Source: Alphaproteobacteria bacterium (GTDB taxonomy: Bacteria; Pseudomonadota; Alphaproteobacteria; UBA828). Taken from it: a stretch of 64,000 nucleotides of DNA. Position numbers and translations under genes: made by a program. Below the pieces are notes generated by a model. That model saw only the letters and a program-made list of their open reading frames with translations, was not told where the DNA came from and did no database searches. The stretch is taken from NCBI GenBank assembly GCA_965220745.1, contig CBDCQT010000010.1, positions 256,001 through 320,000 on the forward strand, read 5' to 3'. Below are positions 21,175 to 30,142 of the stretch, piece after piece. Within the stretch, counting starts at the first letter, position 1, and the number at the start of each line of letters is the position of its first letter.

Positions 21175-22071
21175 TTAGTGCATCGCGGGTTCCTCGGCCA
21201 AGCTGGGTGGCCGGCGGAGCGTAGCGGAGCCGGGCGGCCAGCTTGGCATGATGATCGTCTCCGGGGCCGGCGGCCGGTATCCCAGGCTGCCGTGTGGGCG
21301 GATCGCGTTGTAATGGCACCGCCACGATTCGATGAGAACCTGGGCTTCCTTCAGGGTGTAGAAGATCTCCCCGTTCAGGAGCTCGTCGCGCAGCCGCGCA
21401 TTGAAGCTCTCGATGTAGCCGTTCTCCCAGGGTGAGCCCGGCTCGATGAAGGCGGTGCGGGCGCTGACCGCAGCGATCCACCGCCTGACGGCCTCGGCGA
21501 CGAACTCCGGACCGTTGTCGGAACGGATCCAGGTCGGAATGCCGCGCAGGATGAACAGGTCGGTCAGCACATCGATGACGTCGATCGAGGAAAGCCTCCT
21601 GCGCACCCGGATGACCAGGCTCTCGCGGGTGAACTCGTCCAGGACGTTGAGCATGCGGAAGGCCCTGCCGTCATACGTCCGGTGATGGACGAAGTCGTAG
21701 GACCAGACGTGATCCGCCCTCTCGGCGCGCAGCCGGATGCAGGAGCCGTCATTGAGCCAAAGCCGGCCCCGCTTCGGTTGCTTGCCGGGCACCTTCAGCC
21801 CCTCGCGCCGCCACAAGCGCTCGATCCGCTTGTCGTTGACCTGCCAGCCGGCATCGCGAAGCAGGGCCGCGATGCGGCGATAGCCGTAACGGCCGTACTG
21901 GCGGGCCAGCTCGATCATGTACGCGACCAGGCGGTCCTCGTCGTCGCGGCCGCGCGGGATGCGGCGCTGGGTCGAGCGGTGCTGCCCCAGCACCCGGCAA
22001 GCGCGGCGTTCCGAGACCCCGAGCCGGTCACAGACATGATCGATGCACTGGCGCCGGCGCGAGGGGCTTAG
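21175..22071 (-). CDS. IS3 transposase OrfB (DDE)
   Basis: RYGYRRI, WSYDF, RSDNGPEF, PWENGYIESFN, RPHGSLGY. Confidence 0.9.
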   Translation of the reverse strand, partial: LSPSRRRQCIDHVCDRLGVSERRACRVLGQHRSTQRRIPRGRDDEDRLVAYMIELARQYGRYGYRRIAALLRDAGWQVNDKRIERLWRREGLKVPGKQPKRGRLWLNDGSCIRLRAERADHVWSYDFVHHRTYDGRAFRMLNVLDEFTRESLVIRVRRRLSSIDVIDVLTDLFILRGIPTWIRSDNGPEFVAEAVRRWIAAVSARTAFIEPGSPWENGYIESFNARLRDELLNGEIFYTLKEAQVLIESWRCHYNAIRPHGSLGYRPPAPETIIMPSWPPGSATLRRPPSLAEEPAMH

Positions 22072-22346
22072 AAGTTTCCCCCTGCGGCCTCTTTGAGAAT
22101 CTGCTTGTCCAGCGTCAGATCGGAGACCGCACGGCGCAGCCGCTCGTTCTCCTTCTCGAGCTCCTTCAAACGGCGGAGCTGATCGCCGCTCATCCCGGCA
22201 TACTCCTTGCGCCAGCGGTAGAAGGTAACCTCGCTGATCCCAAGCTCGCGGATCGCGTCCGCCATCGACATGCCCTGGCCGTTCAGAACCTCAGCCCGCC
22301 GCAGCAGGCTCACGATCTCCTCGGGCTTGTAACGCTTCCTTGCCAT
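22068..22346 (-). CDS. IS3 transposase OrfA
   Basis: KRYKPEEIV..GISEVTFYRWRKEY..LKELEKENERLRR. Confidence 0.9.
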   Translation of the reverse strand: MARKRYKPEEIVSLLRRAEVLNGQGMSMADAIRELGISEVTFYRWRKEYAGMSGDQLRRLKELEKENERLRRAVSDLTLDKQILKEAAGGNF

Positions 22347-22429
22347 CGTCGGTCCTCCTCTTTCCATAACCTAAGGGTGGACCAATCCGATGGGGGAGGA
22401 TCAGTGGCGTGTTCATGGACACATTCAAA

Positions 22430-22492
22430 GGGGGGGCAATTTTGGACGCCGATCACCCCCAATAGGGGGTCAATTTTCCACGCTTAACAACA
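22430..22492 (+). mobile_element. IS21-family right end
   Basis: GGGGCAATTTTGGACGCCGAT..GGGGTCAATTTTCCACGCTTAACAACA; its reverse complement begins TGT and matches the 13371 end. Confidence 0.7.
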
Positions 22493-22641
22493 GCTCTGGG
22501 CGAGGCGGACGGGCGCCGAGGTGGACTGTGCGCTGGTCGTGCGCAGGCCGTAGCGCTGACGGGATGCCGGAGATGGCGAATGAGCGAGAAGGAATTGAAG
22601 AGGGAGTGTGGAAACGGCGAATGGGAATAGGGGGGAGCAGA

Positions 22642-22890
22642 ATGATCGACATGAACGAGCCTGAAATGCTGCGCCGCTCGGAGGTGGAAGCTCGGCTCGG
22701 CGTGTCGCGCAGTTGGATCTACTCGGAGATGCGGGCGGGGAGATTTCCGGAACCCGTGAGGATCGGTACGCGCGCGGTGAGATGGAGAGTAGCGGACTTG
22801 GATGAATGGGCGGCCGGGCGGCCGGCGTCACATGGAGACAAGAACGACAGCGAAGGCGGTGGCGGGGAGGAAGGCGGCCGACCTCCATGA
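22642..22890 (+). CDS. AlpA family regulator / recombination directionality factor
   Basis: MLRRSEVEARLGVSRSWIYSEMRAGRFPEPVRIGTRAVRW. Confidence 0.88.
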   Translation: MIDMNEPEMLRRSEVEARLGVSRSWIYSEMRAGRFPEPVRIGTRAVRWRVADLDEWAAGRPASHGDKNDSEGGGGEEGGRPP

Positions 22891-22984
22891 CTATGGCGGT
22901 GAAGAGGGAGGCTGGATTTAGCGCCTGTTCGTGGCGTAGAGCCTGTGGCTTCCTGCAAAAAACTTGGCGGAAGGCGGCGTGCAT

Positions 22985-24160
22985 TCATGGCCGGAGTTGC
23001 ACGGCGGTAGCGCCCCCGCCCGTGAGGTATTGGGCCCAGTCTGCCATGAGGTGGCGGCGGCGCTCGAACAGATCGCTCCGAAAATAGGCGCCCTCGACTC
23101 CGGGAACCGTGTGGGCGAGGGCAGCTTCGGCGAGCTCCCGGGGTTGCCCGGTCTCGGCGCACCAATCCCGGAAGCTCGAACGAAATCCATGAACGGTGGC
23201 CCGTTCGGCCAGGCCGGTGTCGCGAAGAAGCTTGGTCAAGGCCATATCGGAAAGGGGACGACCCTTGCGAACGGGAGAGGGAAAGATCAGGTCGGAGTCC
23301 TTGCGCAAGGGGCGTGCCCTTGCGAGCACGCTGAGCGCGGCGTCAGAAAGCGGTATGCGATGTTCGACGCCGGACTTCATGCGCCGGGCGGGAATGCGCC
23401 ACTCGCGTGCATCCAAATCAATTTCCTCCCAGGTCGCGCAGCGACTCTCGCCTGATCGTGCCGCCGTGAGGACCGTGAAGCGCAGGCACAGTCTTGCGAA
23501 CAGTGAGGCTCGCGAAGCGTCCACGGTTGCGAGTGCGTCGGGAACGTCGCGATACGGCAGGGAGCGGAGATGCTCTTTCACGGCGGGCTGAGCGGGGAGG
23601 GCTCCGTTAATGGCGTCTGCAGCGATGTTGGAGTCTACATGGCCATGTGCTTGGGCCCAGGCGAGGGTCGAGCGTATGGCTTGGCGCAGTTTTCGCGCCT
23701 GCTCGGGGCGGCTGGTCCACAGCGGAGTGAGCACACGCAGCACGTCCTCACGGCCGATCCTGTCGACGCGTTTGTCGCCGAGGATCGGGAAGACATGCTT
23801 GTTCAGTCCCTGCCACCACTTCTTGGCGACTCGTTCGCTGCGCCAGCGGGGGCGGTTTGCTTCGTGGGTCCGTTGGGCCGCCTCGCGGAAGGTAGGAGCC
23901 TTGACCTTGCGTTTGGCAGCCAAGGGATCGCCGCCGCCGCGCGCGAGCCGTCTGTTCTCAAACGCTTTGTCCCGGGCCTCCGCCAGACTGACCAGTGGAA
24001 AGCTGCCGAGTCCGATGTCGCGTCTGACGCCGTCTACGGTCACGCGCTGTATCCAGGACTTCGATCCGCCCGGGGTGACATTGAGAATTAGCGTGCCGCC
24101 ATCGCTGTAACGGCCCGGTCTGGAGAGTGCCCGTACCTTGGCGACGGACAACTTGGCCAT
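22985..24160 (-). CDS. P4-like tyrosine integrase adjacent to tRNA-Asn
   Basis: N-terminal arm-binding GRYSDGGTL..GLGSFP.VSLAEAR; TAARSGE, MKSG, HGFRSSFRDW, LAH, AY. Confidence 0.92.
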   Translation of the reverse strand: MAKLSVAKVRALSRPGRYSDGGTLILNVTPGGSKSWIQRVTVDGVRRDIGLGSFPLVSLAEARDKAFENRRLARGGGDPLAAKRKVKAPTFREAAQRTHEANRPRWRSERVAKKWWQGLNKHVFPILGDKRVDRIGREDVLRVLTPLWTSRPEQARKLRQAIRSTLAWAQAHGHVDSNIAADAINGALPAQPAVKEHLRSLPYRDVPDALATVDASRASLFARLCLRFTVLTAARSGESRCATWEEIDLDAREWRIPARRMKSGVEHRIPLSDAALSVLARARPLRKDSDLIFPSPVRKGRPLSDMALTKLLRDTGLAERATVHGFRSSFRDWCAETGQPRELAEAALAHTVPGVEGAYFRSDLFERRRHLMADWAQYLTGGGATAVQLRP

Positions 24161-24163
24161 ATT

Positions 24164-24186
24164 CTCTTTCCCACGCTCTTTCCCAC
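24164..24186. repeat. Tandem CTCTTTCCCAC repeat (candidate integrase arm-type sites)
   Basis: Two exact 11-bp copies 1 bp apart between the integrase start and the tRNA 3' end. Confidence 0.55.
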
Positions 24187-24240
24187 AATTGGACCGGGAC
24201 CATACAGGAGCGGTACGGAAGAAGCAAGCACGAACACATG

Positions 24241-24266
24241 AAAAAAGCCCTGGATTTTCAGGGCTT
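24241..24266 (-). terminator. Intrinsic terminator downstream of tRNA-Asn
   Basis: AAGCCCTG/CAGGGCTT stem with T-tract on the minus strand. Confidence 0.65.
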
Positions 24267-24311
24267 AGGAGCGAATCCGGGGCATTCCACGGAACGCCCC
24301 GGATCAAGAAT

Positions 24312-24387
24312 TGGCTCCCCGGGCCGGACTCGAACCAGCGACCCAGCGGTTAACAGCCGCTTGCTCTACCAACTGAGCTACCGGGGA
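24312..24387 (-). tRNA. tRNA-Asn (GTT)
   Basis: TCCCCGGTAGCTCAGTTGGTAGAGC..CTGTTAA..GGTTCGAGTCC..GGGGAGCCA, 76 nt. Confidence 0.97.
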
Positions 24388-24550
24388 TCATCGATCGCTG
24401 TTTTGGCCGCTCACCTCTTGGCTGAACGTCCAATTGCGCGCCCTATATAGCATCAAGCCGGCCGCCATTCCAGACACCACCGCCTTGGGGCACCGCCGGC
24501 GGGGGCCGGTTGCACCGCCGGCTGAATCGTGGCAAGTCTCGGCCGCGTGT

Positions 24551-24626
<76 letters not shown>

Positions 24627-24890
24627 ATCCTTTCAATGGGTTAGGTGGCTTACCCGTATCCGCCGAAACTGCTGTGTCACCGGTATGTCACCGCAGCGCT
24701 GCAAGCTCGCGCTCCGGGCGCCCCATGAGTTGAAGCGGATGCGGCGCTGGCTCTCGGGCACAGACCGGCGTCCCCCTATGTCTCGGGTCAAGACACACTC
24801 CAGCGGCGGTCTTGTCCGTTGGATGGACAAAATACCATTTCGCCTTGATAGCCCCTGCAGGGCCCGGCATCTGCTTATCATCGCAATTGA

Positions 24891-24977
24891 AATGACAGTC
24901 AGTCTCATTACTGCGATTTTTGCCAGAGCTCACGCTAGTCATTCCTATTGAGAAGAATAATGAGAATGGATTTCAGA
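24891..24977. promoter_or_regulatory. Fur-box-like sites upstream of bfr
   Basis: AATGACAGTCAGTCTCATT (24891-24909, AATGA-N9-TCATT) and AATGAGAATGGATTTCAGA (24959-24977) in an AT-rich spacer. Confidence 0.6.
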
Positions 24978-25165
24978 GAGAAAGCCAGTATCTTTTGAGC
25001 GTACGTTAGAATTAAATCAGCGATAAGTGCTTTAGTTCTTGCCATTATCTGGCTTTTGTACTATTTCATTAGATAATGGTGGCTTAGTGATCATTAGTGG
25101 ACCATGGAACAGCCTATCGTCGGCAGCCACCGCCCCCGGACGGGTTGGAACGAGTGGAGGAGCAA

Positions 25166-25645
25166 ATGAAGGGCGACCCCAAGGTCATCGAGTGTCTCAA
25201 TGCGGTGCTCAAGAACGAGCTGACCGCGATCAACCAGTATTTCCTGCACTCGCGGATGCTCCGGAACTGGGGCGTCTCCAAGCTCGCGAAATACGAGTAC
25301 GACCAATCCATTGACGAGATGAAGCACGCGGACGAGATCATCGAGCGCGTCCTGTTCCTCGAGGGCCTGCCTAACCTGCAGGATCTCGGCAAGCTCATGA
25401 TCGGCGAGGACGTAAAGGAAATCCTCGACTGCGACCTCGCCCTCGAGAACATGGCGATCCCCACCCTGCGGGAGGGAATCGCGCATTGCGAGCAGGTCGA
25501 CGACTACGTGACCCGGCACCTCCTGCGCGAGATCCTGGAGAGCGAGGAAGAGCACGTCGACTGGCTAGAGACGCAATACGAGCTGATCAAGCGGATGGGT
25601 CTCGAGAACTACGTCCAGCTTCAGAGCGAGCCAGCCGACGACTGA
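25166..25645 (+). CDS. bfr: Bacterioferritin
   Basis: [40 protein letters not shown]. Confidence 0.97.
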   Translation: MKGDPKVIECLNAVLKNELTAINQYFLHSRMLRNWGVSKLAKYEYDQSIDEMKHADEIIERVLFLEGLPNLQDLGKLMIGEDVKEILDCDLALENMAIPTLREGIAHCEQVDDYVTRHLLREILESEEEHVDWLETQYELIKRMGLENYVQLQSEPADD

Positions 25646-25837
25646 GCCGGAAACACGGACAGGCCTTCGATTATTCGGCGGGGGCCGAACCTCCGGCACG
25701 CACATCATCGGAAGCTGCCTCTTCGACGGGGCGCGTATCTTGCGCCTCGTGGGCGGGCCTCTCACCCCTGATCATGTCGCGAAGGGCTTGCGCCGCCTGG
25801 ACGATATCCGCCGGCTTCAGCGCGGCCCAGGCGTGCA

Positions 25838-26068
25838 TTAGGGGTGCGCGCCCTCGCCGACGGCCCGTTCCCTGATGGGTGCCGCCGGGCTGCCGTGCGG
25901 CCGGTCTTCGTGGACCCCGTCGATCAGTCCCTGGGCGAAGCTGAGGCAGCGGCCGCACTGGGGCCCGTTGCCCAGTTCCTGGTAAGCCTTGCGCGCGCAA
26001 CGGACACCGTTCTGCGCCACTGCGCGGATCTCGCTGTCCCGATAGGCATTGCAAACGCACACGTACAT
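25838..26068 (-). CDS. bfd: Bacterioferritin-associated ferredoxin
   Basis: MYVCVCN..CGRC. Confidence 0.9.
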   Translation of the reverse strand: MYVCVCNAYRDSEIRAVAQNGVRCARKAYQELGNGPQCGRCLSFAQGLIDGVHEDRPHGSPAAPIRERAVGEGAHP

Positions 26069-26104
26069 GGCGGCACTCCGCTCTACAGCTCCAATCTTGG
26101 AGAG

Positions 26105-26139
26105 AATGCGAACGAGTGTCAATGAGAATTCGTGTCAGG
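26105..26139. promoter_or_regulatory. Overlapping Fur-box-like sites upstream of bfd
   Basis: AATGCGAACGAGTGTCAAT and AATGAGAATTCGTGTCAGG. Confidence 0.5.
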
Positions 26140-26153
26140 TGCGTTCTCAGCGC

Positions 26154-27293
26154 TTATGTCCGCCGGGATACCGACGCGGCGACCAGGTGATTGTCCCAGC
26201 GAGCCGCTTCGAGGCCACCGACGGCGAGCGGTCGTGTCGTACCCGAGCGCGCATCGATGACAACCACGCCGCCCAGCCCGCTGCTGGCCAGAAACTCATC
26301 AGGAAGCGAGCCAGGTGCGATGCCGCAGCCGTCCGGGACCCTGGTGGATGACTGGTAGCGGCCCGTGCCAACATCCCAGAACGTCACGAGGTTGCCGCGC
26401 GGCGCGGAGACGGCGATGGTCCGGCCGCTCGGGTCGAAACAGACGCTGCCGCAGTAGTTCTTCATCGCCCGAATGACGTTCGGCGGACCGTGCAAGAGGT
26501 GTAGCGGGCCTTCCCCGCGCTGCAGGGCAACCAGAGGGACGCGGTCATGCGCCGGGCCCTCGTACTGCATGGCGACCGCGACCGTATCGTCGGGGGCCAC
26601 GGCCAGATGGCGGATGCTGAGCCGATGCAGAGCGGGGTCGAGTGTCAGTTCCCGCCGCAGCGCGCCGCTCCGCCTGTCCACGAAACAGAGCGACGGCGCC
26701 ATGGTGGGGAAGTTGAGCTTGACGCGAGGCAGGTCGGGGTGGGTCGCGATGCCGCCGTTGGCGACGACCAGGGTCTCGCCGTCGGAGAGCAGCGCCATCT
26801 CGTGCGGGCCGATGCCGTGGGAGGGAAGCTCGCCCAGGCGCTTGTACCCGCGCTCCGCGTCGTAGATGCCGATGACGCCGCGCTCGCCGTCGAAATCGTT
26901 TTCGGTGGCGTAGAGCAGCCGCCCGTCCGGGCTGAAGACGCCGTGCCCATAGAAATGTCGGTCGGTAGGCGCTTCCACTCGTCGGGCGACGGTGCCCTGC
27001 ACGAGGTCCAGAACCAGCGCGAAGCGTCCCGGACGCCTTGCGAAATGCACGGCAGCGCTTCCGTCGGGGCGCACAGCGAACGAATGGCCCCGCGCCGGCA
27101 GCGGCAGATCGAAGAGCGAGGTGACGTCCTCAGCAAAGCCGCTGACCCGGTAGCCGCCGGTGATGTCGGCGTGGGCGCTCAGATAGAGCGGCACGCAAGA
27201 GGCAGCGGCTTTGGCGCGGAACGGCGCTGGCAGCAACGAGCCGGCGACCCCGCCGGCGAGCAGGCGCAGCGTATTCCGGCGATCAATCGCCAT
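26154..27293 (-). CDS. DUF1513 Tat-exported beta-propeller protein
   Basis: DRRNTL leader; RGH, FARRPG, HFYGHGVFS, TEND, GIGPHE, ANGGI, WDNH. Confidence 0.88.
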   Translation of the reverse strand: MAIDRRNTLRLLAGGVAGSLLPAPFRAKAAASCVPLYLSAHADITGGYRVSGFAEDVTSLFDLPLPARGHSFAVRPDGSAAVHFARRPGRFALVLDLVQGTVARRVEAPTDRHFYGHGVFSPDGRLLYATENDFDGERGVIGIYDAERGYKRLGELPSHGIGPHEMALLSDGETLVVANGGIATHPDLPRVKLNFPTMAPSLCFVDRRSGALRRELTLDPALHRLSIRHLAVAPDDTVAVAMQYEGPAHDRVPLVALQRGEGPLHLLHGPPNVIRAMKNYCGSVCFDPSGRTIAVSAPRGNLVTFWDVGTGRYQSSTRVPDGCGIAPGSLPDEFLASSGLGGVVVIDARSGTTRPLAVGGLEAARWDNHLVAASVSRRT

Positions 27294-28377
27294 CGAGGGC
27301 ATTGAAGCCGACGGTGAGCCCAAGCGCAGGCGCCAGGCGATCCCGCACGATTTGCTTCAGCGCCTGCACCTGCTTGGCGAGCTTTTGGACCGGCGGGCGG
27401 CGCGCGGGGTCGGCCGCTGCCTGCTCCACAGGGCCTTCGATTGACTGTGCCGTGGCAAGCGTGAGGCGGAACGCCTTCCGCATCAGGCGGTCGAGCTTGG
27501 GATCGGCAACGGCGGTGAGCTCGCCGAGACCGGCGCTGCCCTCGCCGAGATAGAGCGCCTGCAATGCCTCCAAGGTGACGGCGATGTTGTGCTGCGACCG
27601 CCCGCTCAGGCGGGATTCCGCCAGCACCGGGCGAACCGTTTGCGCGCTCTCGCCGATGACTGGCTTGAGGTTGATGTCGTAGATCAGCTGCAGGCTGTCG
27701 TGGAGCCCCTGGAAGAAGGCCAAGGTGGCGGCGGCATGATCCTCGAAATGAGGATTGTCAGGCCCCGGGGTCGACATCAGTTGGGCGAAGGCGTCGTCGC
27801 CCTCCCGCCACTCCGAGAGGATACCCGCCGCCATGGTGCGCATGTTCGCTGCCACGGCTGTGAGCAGCCCGCAGCCCTTGGCATCGGCGCCGAGATAGCG
27901 GTCGTCGTAGACAAGCACTTCGGCGGCCAACAGGCCCTGCACGGCCACGTTGGTGCGCCCGATGCGCGCAGCCAGCGTCGCGTCGTCCTCGCCGCCGGCG
28001 ACAAGCTCGGCAACGGCTTGGCCCACCTTGTTCCGTGCCTGGGGCCAGAAATAGAAGCGAAAACCGCGCATCCGGGAGTCGACCGGGCCGAAGCGCAGGT
28101 GCTGGACGCCCATCCACGCGTCCATGGCATCGTAAAAGGCGGCGCGGAGCCGCTCTTGATCGGCGCCGCTTTCCCCGGCGCAGAACGCCTCCGCAGCTCC
28201 GGCGAAGGCGTTCGTTGCTGTTGCCAGCTGCTCGTAGCGAGGCAGCGCATGGGTCTCCACCAGGGCGGCATTCACGCGGGCGTAATCGGCCGGTGCAATC
28301 TCCTGCGCGTGCGAGTCGGACGTGGCCCACAAAACGAGGAGACCAATCAGCGCGAGCGGCAAGAATGCACGGTTCAT
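27283..28377 (-). CDS. Imelysin-family (peptidase M75-like) protein
   Basis: Signal peptide; RFGP..FWP, VQGL.A.E, C-terminal GFNALDGD. Confidence 0.88.
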   Translation of the reverse strand: MNRAFLPLALIGLLVLWATSDSHAQEIAPADYARVNAALVETHALPRYEQLATATNAFAGAAEAFCAGESGADQERLRAAFYDAMDAWMGVQHLRFGPVDSRMRGFRFYFWPQARNKVGQAVAELVAGGEDDATLAARIGRTNVAVQGLLAAEVLVYDDRYLGADAKGCGLLTAVAANMRTMAAGILSEWREGDDAFAQLMSTPGPDNPHFEDHAAATLAFFQGLHDSLQLIYDINLKPVIGESAQTVRPVLAESRLSGRSQHNIAVTLEALQALYLGEGSAGLGELTAVADPKLDRLMRKAFRLTLATAQSIEGPVEQAAADPARRPPVQKLAKQVQALKQIVRDRLAPALGLTVGFNALDGD

Positions 28378-28395
28378 CAGGTCAGGTCCCATCCT

Positions 28396-29880
28396 TCAGA
28401 GGGAACGCAGGAAGGCAAGCAGCGCCGCGCGCTCCTCGCGCGTCATGGCGACGACGCGCTGTTTCGCCGCCTCCGCCTCGCCACCGTGCCAGAGGATCGC
28501 TTCGAGCAGGTTGCGGGCGCGGCCGTCGTGCAGAAAGAACGTGTGTCCGCTCACGGTCTCCGTGAGCCCGATGCCCCAGAGCGGCGGCGTGCGCCATTCG
28601 CGGCCGCTGGCCTCGCCCTCGGGCCGGCCGTCGGCGAGCCCTTCCCCCATGTCGTGAAGCAGGAGGTCGGTGTAGGGCCAGATGAGCTGGAAGGACTGCT
28701 CCTCTCCGATGGAGTCCCGACGCGTCACGAATTTGGGCGTGTGGCAGCCGATGCAGTTAGCGTCGTAGAAGAGCCGCTTGCCTTCGAGCACCTGCGGATC
28801 GCTCAGGTCACGACGCGCCGGCACGCCGAGATTGCGCGTGTAGAAGGTGAGCAGGTCGAAGAGCGCGGCGCTCGCCTCGACCGTGTGCTCTGCCGAAGCC
28901 CCGCCGTGCGGCGCGGTCCGGCATGTCTCCTGGATCTCCGTGCAGTCGCCGTGGGGAGGCGGGTAGAGCGGCGTCGAGATTCCCACATCGCCGCGAAAGG
29001 CTGCCGCCGCCTGCTGTGAGACGGTGGGCTGCCCTGCCTTCCAGCCGAAGCGGCCGAGCATGGGTTTGCCGTGCTCGTCGCTCCACACGGTGTTGGCCCG
29101 GCCCGAGATGCCGTCGCCGTCGCGGTCGTCCGGGTCGGTGCCGGCAAGGATGTCGGCGTCCGATATCGCCTCCAACAGGCCCATGCCGATGACCGGCGGC
29201 GCGACGCGGGGCGACAGCATCGTCTCCGGGTGAAGCGGCCCATAGTGCAAGCCTGAGATGCCATAGGTGGGCTTGCGGAGTTCGACCACCTCGCCGTCTG
29301 CCAGCGCGATCAGCATCTCCTCGTAGGCGATTGTTACATCGCCTTCAGCCAGAATTCCCTGTGTCGAGAAGTTCTGGAGCTGGCCGCCGTAGGTGGGCTC
29401 GGGGATTGTGGCTTGCCGGTGCTCCCGCAGCACCGCCCGGTCGGCCTCGGTCTGAGGCGGGATCGAGAGCCGCACGAGCATCGTTTCGGCCCGTTCGCCG
29501 ACCGCAGGCGGGCGGCCGCGGCCATCCTTCAGGTGACAGCGCTGACAGGCCCGTGCATTGAAGAGCGGACCGAGCCCGTCAGATGACGTGGTCGAGCTCG
29601 GCGCCGACACCCAGATCTTCCTGAAGATGCCGTTGCCGACCCTGAAGTCGCGCTGGAGTTTGAAAGGCATATTGGCGGAGGGGTGCGAAAACGCGTCCCG
29701 ATTCAGCCGCTTGAACACCGTCGCTGCGCCCGCCGGCCTGCGCTCGTAAGGCTCGGCCTTGGAGAAATCCTGCGTTGGCTGCGTCACTGCCGCGATGCGT
29801 GCCCGCTCGTCCTCCGGTTCCGCTGCCGGCAGGGCGTGGGCCATGGCCACGAGCACGACCGCGCCGGCCAATGCCGGCAT
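28396..29880 (-). CDS. Di-heme oxidoredoxin (DHOR/DUF1111) family protein
   Basis: GLGPLFNARACQRCH, GRFGWKA, CIGCH, TDLLLHDMG, WRTPPLWG, LHDGRA. Confidence 0.9.
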   Translation of the reverse strand: MPALAGAVVLVAMAHALPAAEPEDERARIAAVTQPTQDFSKAEPYERRPAGAATVFKRLNRDAFSHPSANMPFKLQRDFRVGNGIFRKIWVSAPSSTTSSDGLGPLFNARACQRCHLKDGRGRPPAVGERAETMLVRLSIPPQTEADRAVLREHRQATIPEPTYGGQLQNFSTQGILAEGDVTIAYEEMLIALADGEVVELRKPTYGISGLHYGPLHPETMLSPRVAPPVIGMGLLEAISDADILAGTDPDDRDGDGISGRANTVWSDEHGKPMLGRFGWKAGQPTVSQQAAAAFRGDVGISTPLYPPPHGDCTEIQETCRTAPHGGASAEHTVEASAALFDLLTFYTRNLGVPARRDLSDPQVLEGKRLFYDANCIGCHTPKFVTRRDSIGEEQSFQLIWPYTDLLLHDMGEGLADGRPEGEASGREWRTPPLWGIGLTETVSGHTFFLHDGRARNLLEAILWHGGEAEAAKQRVVAMTREERAALLAFLRSL

Positions 29881-29953
29881 TGCACGCGCTACCGCTCTCT
29901 CGATCCGAGCGTATCCGGCGCCTGGCTCGGTGCTGAAACGATTTGAGAATAAC

Positions 29954-30010
29954 ACTGATAATCTTTCGCAATTAAGTTGACGTGCATTCTAGGAACGATT
30001 ATCAGTCGCA
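29954..30010. promoter_or_regulatory. Fur-box-like sites in the divergent promoter of the iron locus
   Basis: ACTGATAATCTTTCGCAAT and (minus strand) ACTGATAATCGTTCCT. Confidence 0.55.
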
Positions 30011-30142
30011 GAGTAAGGCTGTCAACGTCGCCACGCGTGGGAGGGTAGCCGCGCGGGGGGTATCGCATCCCTCGGCGGTCGGCCGGTTCGCTGCCGGCCA
30101 GCGTTGGCAACACCGCGCTAGCTGCAGCAAAGGGGACAACCG

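Larger units (their letters stand above)
21141..22403 (-). mobile_element. IS3-family insertion sequence (IS407-group-like), apparently complete
   Basis: Terminal inverted repeats TGACCTGCCCCC / TGATCCTCCCCC; orfA plus orfB with a GGGAAAC -1 frameshift motif; no flanking duplication. Confidence 0.9.
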
